Below are positions 59,224-64,000 of a stretch of 64,000 nucleotides of DNA, in pieces (the stretch's first letter is position 1; each line of letters begins with the position of its first letter). The DNA is taken from positions 3,016 to 67,015 of the forward strand of contig CAZUXY010000001.1 in assembly GCA_964624235.1 (NCBI GenBank), read 5' to 3'. The notes below the pieces were generated by a model. That model had not been told where the DNA came from and did no database searches. It worked only from the letters and a program-made list of their open reading frames with translations. Source of the stretch: an uncultured Leptospirales bacterium. Lineage in GTDB: Bacteria; Spirochaetota; UBA4802; UBA5368. The translations under genes and the position numbers were made by a program.

Positions 59224-60495
59224 CTATTTCACCAGTTCCTTCGGCACGGGAAACTCCTCGCCGCTTTCCCTAAGTTCCCGTTTTTTTTCATCATCCAGCC
59301 CTATTTCATCATCGGTCAGATAACACTGGGGATCCGGGGCCCATGGATCGCCGAAGGTACGAAAGGCGCGTACCCGCATCGAACCGGTGCAGAGTTCCCG
59401 GTATCGGCAGAGCCGGCATCGTCCCTTGATATAGTGGGCCTTGTTTTTCAGGCCCTTCATCAATGGATCGCTCAGGTCCATCCAGATGTCCTCGAAAGAA
59501 CGCTCCCGTACATTGCCGAAACTGTAGTCCTGCCAGAATTGGTCGGGGTGCACGTTGCCGATAAAATCAATGTTGCCGATACCGACTCCCGTGGAATGGG
59601 CGCCCCCGCCGTTCCACTTCAGCAGTTCACGTACCTCCCCGGCGCGGGGGTCGCCTTTCTCCGTCATCCTGAGATAGATATACACACCGTCGGCATGATT
59701 GTCCACCGTAAGGATATTGATATCGAGTCCCCGCGAGTAATAGTCCGCCGTTCTATCGAGTATGATGTCCATGGCCTCCCTGGACTCAGCATGGGTGAGA
59801 TCGCCTGTAAACATTTCACCCCCGCGTCCCGAATACACCAGATGGTAAAAACAGGCCCTGTTTATGCGCTCTTTTTCTATGAAATCGAAAATTCCGTTCA
59901 GATCGGTGTAGTTCTGCCGGGTGAGCGTGAGACGCAGTCCCACCCGCTGCCCCGCGGCCACGCAGTGTTCAAAGCCCTTCATTGCCCGCGCAAAAGCCCC
60001 CTTTACACCCCGGAAAACATCATTCGTTTCTTCCATGCCGTCGAGGCTTATGCCCACATATACCACGCCGGCGTTTCTCAGGTTTCGCGCGGTTTCCCTG
60101 TCGATGAGCGTCCCGTTGGTTGAAAGCACCGGCCGTATGTTGAGCTTCGCCGCGCGCTCGACAAGGAACATCAGGTCCTTCCTCATGAGGGGCTCTCCCC
60201 CTGAAAAGAGCAGCGAGGGTACGCGGAACGAAGCGAGGTCGTCGATCAGCCTGTTCCCTTCCCCGGTATCAAGCTCACCCGGATAAGCGCGGTTTTCGGA
60301 GTCGGTATAGCAGTGCACGCATTTAAGGTTGCAGCTGCGGGTGGTGCTCCACACGATGATAGGCCGTCGTTCACCGGCCAGCGGTTCACGGCGGTGCGGC
60401 GCGTTGCCGTGGGAGTCTATCCCTCCTTCCGCTCCGTACCTGAGCCCGTCGCCGGTGGAAGTTCCCCCGCAATAGAGTTTTCCTATATCGATCAT
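59224..60495 (-). CDS. ahbC: radical-SAM haem-pathway enzyme of the NirJ/AhbC type (tentatively Fe-coproporphyrin III synthase AhbC)
   Basis: CNLKCVHCY radical-SAM cluster motif. Glycine-rich SAM site LLFSGGEPL. SPASM-like C-terminal Cys motifs (CRLCRYRELCTGSMRVRA). Start set at the internal MIDIGKLYCGG; the track ORF extends to 60582 and would overlap ahbAB by 29 nt. The C versus D assignment is tentative. Confidence 0.7.
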   Translation of the reverse strand: MIDIGKLYCGGTSTGDGLRYGAEGGIDSHGNAPHRREPLAGERRPIIVWSTTRSCNLKCVHCYTDSENRAYPGELDTGEGNRLIDDLASFRVPSLLFSGGEPLMRKDLMFLVERAAKLNIRPVLSTNGTLIDRETARNLRNAGVVYVGISLDGMEETNDVFRGVKGAFARAMKGFEHCVAAGQRVGLRLTLTRQNYTDLNGIFDFIEKERINRACFYHLVYSGRGGEMFTGDLTHAESREAMDIILDRTADYYSRGLDINILTVDNHADGVYIYLRMTEKGDPRAGEVRELLKWNGGGAHSTGVGIGNIDFIGNVHPDQFWQDYSFGNVRERSFEDIWMDLSDPLMKGLKNKAHYIKGRCRLCRYRELCTGSMRVRAFRTFGDPWAPDPQCYLTDDEIGLDDEKKRELRESGEEFPVPKELVK

Positions 60496-60553
60496 GTCGC
60501 CGCTCTCCCCGTAACCAGTAACCTGGACCATCGCATGTCCGTACCGGAGCGTT

Positions 60554-61609
60554 TCACAGGTTTTCCCTGTTCCATTTGTCAAAGTCGGGTGAAAAATAAG
60601 TGACCCGCTTTTTTTTATACTCCTTAAGACTTTTTAACACCAGAAAATCACCGATCCCCGAACGATCTTTCAGGGAGCGTATTATTTCATCGAGCTCTTC
60701 ATCGCTTCTCGCGTGTATCATCGCGAATAGAGGGTACTCCCATTTCCCGGGGTGCACCGTTCGATAATACAGATGGGAAATGTGACGGCTGCCTTTGAAT
60801 ACGCTAAGCGCGTGCTCCTCTTCCGACTTACCGGGCTTCCATGCGGTCATGGCATTGGCCCTGTAACCCGCGTTGTAGTGCTTCAGAACCGCGGCGTATC
60901 GCCGCATGATCCCTCCCTGTTTAAGGTCCGCGCCGACCGCGAGGATTTCATCTTCACCCATTTCGGAACCCGCGCCCTCAGCCACTTTATAGAAAGGCCT
61001 CAACACGATGGGGAGATCGGTCTGGAGCATCAGGATCGCCTGCTGCACACGACGGGGGATTTCCCGGAATTCCGGGTGCGGTGCGGCAGCCCCCGGGCCA
61101 TGAGGCACTTCGTCGTCCTCCTCATCCTCACCTATTTTAAGCATAAAGCCTATCTTCACCAGCCTTTCATTAACCAGTATCAGGTGATCATACGCATCGC
61201 AACGCGCGGCCAGTATCTCCGCGGTTTTTTCCAGAGAGACCGTACGCTCGACCGCCAGGGTGAACCAGAGATTGTACCGGTGGTCCCTCAGGTAATTATG
61301 GCTCACTCCCGGATGTTCATTGATACGAAGAGCCGCTTTTTCCACCTTCTCTTGCGGTACCGCAAAAGCAACCAGGCTGGTGCGGTATCCAAGGCGGTCG
61401 GCGTTGAAAATGGCCGAGATGTTCCTGACGATCCTTTTCCGCTTCAGCGAGGAAAGCGTCTCCAGAAAATCAGTTACGGGCAGGGACAGTTCTTCTGCGA
61501 TAACGCGAAAAGGCTCCCTCACCAGGGGGATATCCTCCTGTATCCGGTTTATAATGCGTTCCTCGACGCGGGTGAAGTTCATCGCGGTTTCGACCGGTTT
61601 TTTATTCAT
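60554..61609 (-). CDS. sirohaem decarboxylase, fused AhbA-AhbB (two tandem Lrp/AsnC-like NirD/L/G/H-type domains)
   Basis: 351 aa. Two homologous halves (about 1-165 and 185-351) joined by an acidic linker EDEEDDEVPHGPGAAAP. Each half has an N-terminal HTH-like segment plus a ligand-binding domain typical of the NirDL/AhbAB family. Confidence 0.7.
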   Translation of the reverse strand: MNKKPVETAMNFTRVEERIINRIQEDIPLVREPFRVIAEELSLPVTDFLETLSSLKRKRIVRNISAIFNADRLGYRTSLVAFAVPQEKVEKAALRINEHPGVSHNYLRDHRYNLWFTLAVERTVSLEKTAEILAARCDAYDHLILVNERLVKIGFMLKIGEDEEDDEVPHGPGAAAPHPEFREIPRRVQQAILMLQTDLPIVLRPFYKVAEGAGSEMGEDEILAVGADLKQGGIMRRYAAVLKHYNAGYRANAMTAWKPGKSEEEHALSVFKGSRHISHLYYRTVHPGKWEYPLFAMIHARSDEELDEIIRSLKDRSGIGDFLVLKSLKEYKKKRVTYFSPDFDKWNRENL

Positions 61610-62681
61610 GCGGCTTTACCGATTCAACCCTCCGGGGAACATACATGCAGTAAGGCTCCTCTTCCATGTAGTCCCCCGTGGCGTAAAACGCCCGGGCGCG
61701 GCAGCCCGCGCAGTAGCTGCGGTATTCGCACAGACCGCATTTCCCCTTAAGCGCGTCAAGGTTCCTGAGATCGTTGAAAAGCCCGGCATTGTGCCATATT
61801 TCCCTGAAAGGCGTCTGCATCACATTGCCGGCCGTCAGGGGCAGGTATCCGCAGGGCTGCACATCACCCCGGTGAGAGATGAAGCATACACCGGTTCCCG
61901 CCAGGCATCCCCTGGTCATAGCCGACATCCCGTGGGTTTGAAAGGTTATCTCCCTGCCGTCCTTCCGGGCTTCCTGGCGTATAATACGGTAATAATGGGG
62001 GGCACAGGTGGCCTTGAGCTCCATGTCCGTCTGCATGGACCGCCGGTAAAACCACCGTAGTATTTCTTCGTACCGCTCCTTGGAGATCATATCGCTTTCG
62101 GCGATCTGAACCCCGCATCCCACCGGTACGAGCATGAAAATATGCAGGGCCTTCGCCCCGCACCGTTCGGCCAGTGTCATTATCTCATCGATTTCATCCG
62201 CGTTGCGGCGGGTTATAGTGGTGTTGAACTGGAACTCCACCCCTGCGTTTTTCAGCAACCGCGCCCCCTCAAGCGCGCGGTCGAACGAACCTTCAATACC
62301 GCGAAAACCGTCATGTGAAGCCGCGTCTTTCCCATCTATGGAGATGCTGACCCTGCTGATCCCGCTCGATCTGATCCTCAGGGCCGTCGATTCATCGATC
62401 ATGGTTCCGTTGGTGGCCAGTGCGGTGCGAAGACCTCGGCCGTGCGCATACGCGGCGATATCGAACACATCAGCGCGGTAGAGGGGCTCTCCCCCGGTGA
62501 GCACCAGTATAGGCGAGGCGAACCCGGCGATCTGGTCAACAACGCCGAAAGCCTGGTCGGTGGTGAGTTCGTTCTCAAAAACCGATTCATCGGCCTCCGC
62601 ACGGCAGTGCAGACACCTGAGATTGCAGCGTTTGGTCAGTTCCCAGAACACCAGGCGGACGGTATTTTGTTCATGCTTCAT
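61602..62681 (-). CDS. ahbD: radical-SAM haem synthase of the NirJ2/AhbD type (tentative)
   Basis: CNLRCLHC cluster motif. LTGGEPL. C-terminal SPASM-like Cys-rich region (CGLCEYRSYCAGCRARA). 359 aa. Overlaps ahbAB by 8 nt and hemA by 4 nt. Confidence 0.7.
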   Translation of the reverse strand: MKHEQNTVRLVFWELTKRCNLRCLHCRAEADESVFENELTTDQAFGVVDQIAGFASPILVLTGGEPLYRADVFDIAAYAHGRGLRTALATNGTMIDESTALRIRSSGISRVSISIDGKDAASHDGFRGIEGSFDRALEGARLLKNAGVEFQFNTTITRRNADEIDEIMTLAERCGAKALHIFMLVPVGCGVQIAESDMISKERYEEILRWFYRRSMQTDMELKATCAPHYYRIIRQEARKDGREITFQTHGMSAMTRGCLAGTGVCFISHRGDVQPCGYLPLTAGNVMQTPFREIWHNAGLFNDLRNLDALKGKCGLCEYRSYCAGCRARAFYATGDYMEEEPYCMYVPRRVESVKPHE

Positions 62682-63976
62682 TCCAGAAACAGGTCCTCTA
62701 CAATTTTAGCGGTGTCAGCGGATGTTTCCTTTTTTCTTGGGCCACCGCGGTTTTTCTTTAAAAACTCTATGGGATTATGCAGGGTTTTGGTCATTATCTG
62801 TCGTGTGAGTTCCTCGACCAGTCGGTAATCCTCTTCGGAAAAGTGCTTCATCTTCCTGCGGCGGTATTTTTCAAGCTCCTGCCGGCGGATTTCGTCGAGT
62901 TTTCCCCGAATCTTTGTGATCGCGGGGGTGATTACAAGTCCATCGTACCAGCGCATGTAGTCATCGGCGTCCGATTCCACCAGTCCCAGCGCGATGTCCA
63001 CCTCCTTGAGACGGTACTTCAGGTTTTCATCGGCTATGGACTTGAGATCATCGATATTATAAAGAAACACATTGTTGATTTTCCCGCAGGCGGGATCGAT
63101 ATTTCTGGGTACGGCGATATCGATCATGAAAAGAGGCCGGTTCCCGCGTTTTTTCTCAAGTCCTCTGATCATTTCACCGTCGATGATGTAACGTGCGGCA
63201 GAAGCCGAGGAGATGATGATGTCGGCCTCAGAAGCCGTGAGTGCTATGTCTTCTAGGGGCATTATACGCGCCTTTCTGTTGATATCGGCGGCGACCCTCT
63301 GGGCATTATGCAGCGACCGGTTCGCTATGGTGATATCGCCTATCCCGAACTTGGTGAAATATTTCAGGATGAGCTCTCCCATCTCTCCCGCGCCGACAAG
63401 CAGCGCCCTGCGCTGCGACAGATCTTCGAAAATCTTCCGCGCCAGCTCGGTGGCGATATAGGCGATGGAGAGCGGGTTGCGGGAAATTTCCGTCTCGGTG
63501 CGCACCCGTTTCCCGCAGCGGAATGCCTGGTGAAACAGCTTGTTCAGTACAGGGCCTGTTTTTTCAGCATGTACGGATTTCGCGTAGCAGTTTTTTATCT
63601 GGTAAAATATCTCATTTTCACCCACTACCATTGAATCCAGGGAAGAAACCACGGTCATCAGGTGTAACACGGCCTCACGGGAATACTTTTTGTAAAGCAT
63701 GGGGATAAACCGGTCACGCGCAAGTCCCGACAGGTCCTCGAGCATGGCAATCACCGATTCAGTCGCCTCGTTCATGTCCCTGGTCGTGAAATAAACCTCT
63801 ACCCGGTTGCAGGTTGATAGATACACAATCTCCTCGACACCGGACGCACAGGTCCTGTCGAAAAAAACCGGCAGGGTATCATCACCCAGGACCAGCCGTT
63901 CACGCACTTCAACCGGGGCGGTCTTATGGCTGAACCCCAGCATGCATATATCTGGTAAAGTTTCCTTTTTTTTCAT
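62678..63976 (-). CDS. hemA: glutamyl-tRNA reductase
   Basis: LGFSHKTAPVEVRE. Catalytic Cys in LSTCNRVEVY. NADPH Rossmann VGAGEMGEL. C-terminal dimerisation helix. 432 aa. Confidence 0.9.
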   Translation of the reverse strand: MKKKETLPDICMLGFSHKTAPVEVRERLVLGDDTLPVFFDRTCASGVEEIVYLSTCNRVEVYFTTRDMNEATESVIAMLEDLSGLARDRFIPMLYKKYSREAVLHLMTVVSSLDSMVVGENEIFYQIKNCYAKSVHAEKTGPVLNKLFHQAFRCGKRVRTETEISRNPLSIAYIATELARKIFEDLSQRRALLVGAGEMGELILKYFTKFGIGDITIANRSLHNAQRVAADINRKARIMPLEDIALTASEADIIISSASAARYIIDGEMIRGLEKKRGNRPLFMIDIAVPRNIDPACGKINNVFLYNIDDLKSIADENLKYRLKEVDIALGLVESDADDYMRWYDGLVITPAITKIRGKLDEIRRQELEKYRRRKMKHFSEEDYRLVEELTRQIMTKTLHNPIEFLKKNRGGPRKKETSADTAKIVEDLFLE

Positions 63977-64000
63977 CTGAAACTATGAAAACCGCTTTTC

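Overview
This 64-kb window looks like a single bacterial chromosomal segment from a Gram-negative anaerobe, judged from the AsmA and outer-membrane barrel proteins, the Ahb haem pathway and the Na+-pumping decarboxylase. It carries about 50 protein genes, three tRNAs and several hairpins. No transposase, integrase or CRISPR array was seen.

Gene order, left to right:
- HtrA-like protease (partial), an Amidase_3-like protein, a lipoprotein and glycerate kinase.
- A low-GC 5-kb island (about 5.6-10.5 kb) holding a TetR regulator, an SPL-like PLP enzyme, a GPH/MFS symporter and a membrane-anchored agmatine-deiminase/PAD-family enzyme.
- UDP-sugar pyrophosphorylase, argB, two tRNA-Ser, a membrane protein, tRNA-Arg(ACG) followed directly by tadA, a DUF853/HerA-like ATPase, enoyl-CoA hydratase, AsmA and two OMP genes.
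- An adenylate-cyclase-led 4-gene operon ending in a tandem-XRE regulator, then clpB.
- A large dicarboxylate/propionate block of about 24 kb: an orphan oadG-like gene, mmdB-C-D-A, methylmalonyl-CoA epimerase, a CoA-transferase, cobO, an EamA-like gene, meaB, mutB, mutA, an FAH-family protein, nadB, malic enzyme, fumarase beta/alpha and two tandem near-identical DASS Na+/dicarboxylate symporters.
- A VWA-like secreted protein, a GlgD-like protein coupled to a rhomboid protease, a RACo-like [2Fe-2S]-ASKHA protein, and an alternative-haem cluster sirC-ahbC-ahbAB(fused)-ahbD-hemA.

The most unusual part is the low-GC island. It pairs a sphingosine-1-phosphate-lyase-like enzyme with an Mfsd2/MelB-family transporter and an atypical membrane-tethered guanidino-modifying enzyme under a TetR regulator. 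This may be an undescribed lipid- or amine-processing module; its function is inferred from motif and context reasoning without database searches and needs testing.

Many long antisense ORFs in the GC-rich genes are judged spurious. The six-frame track translates GTG/TTG starts as M; several starts were moved to internal ATGs, and coordinates may be off by a base or so in places.
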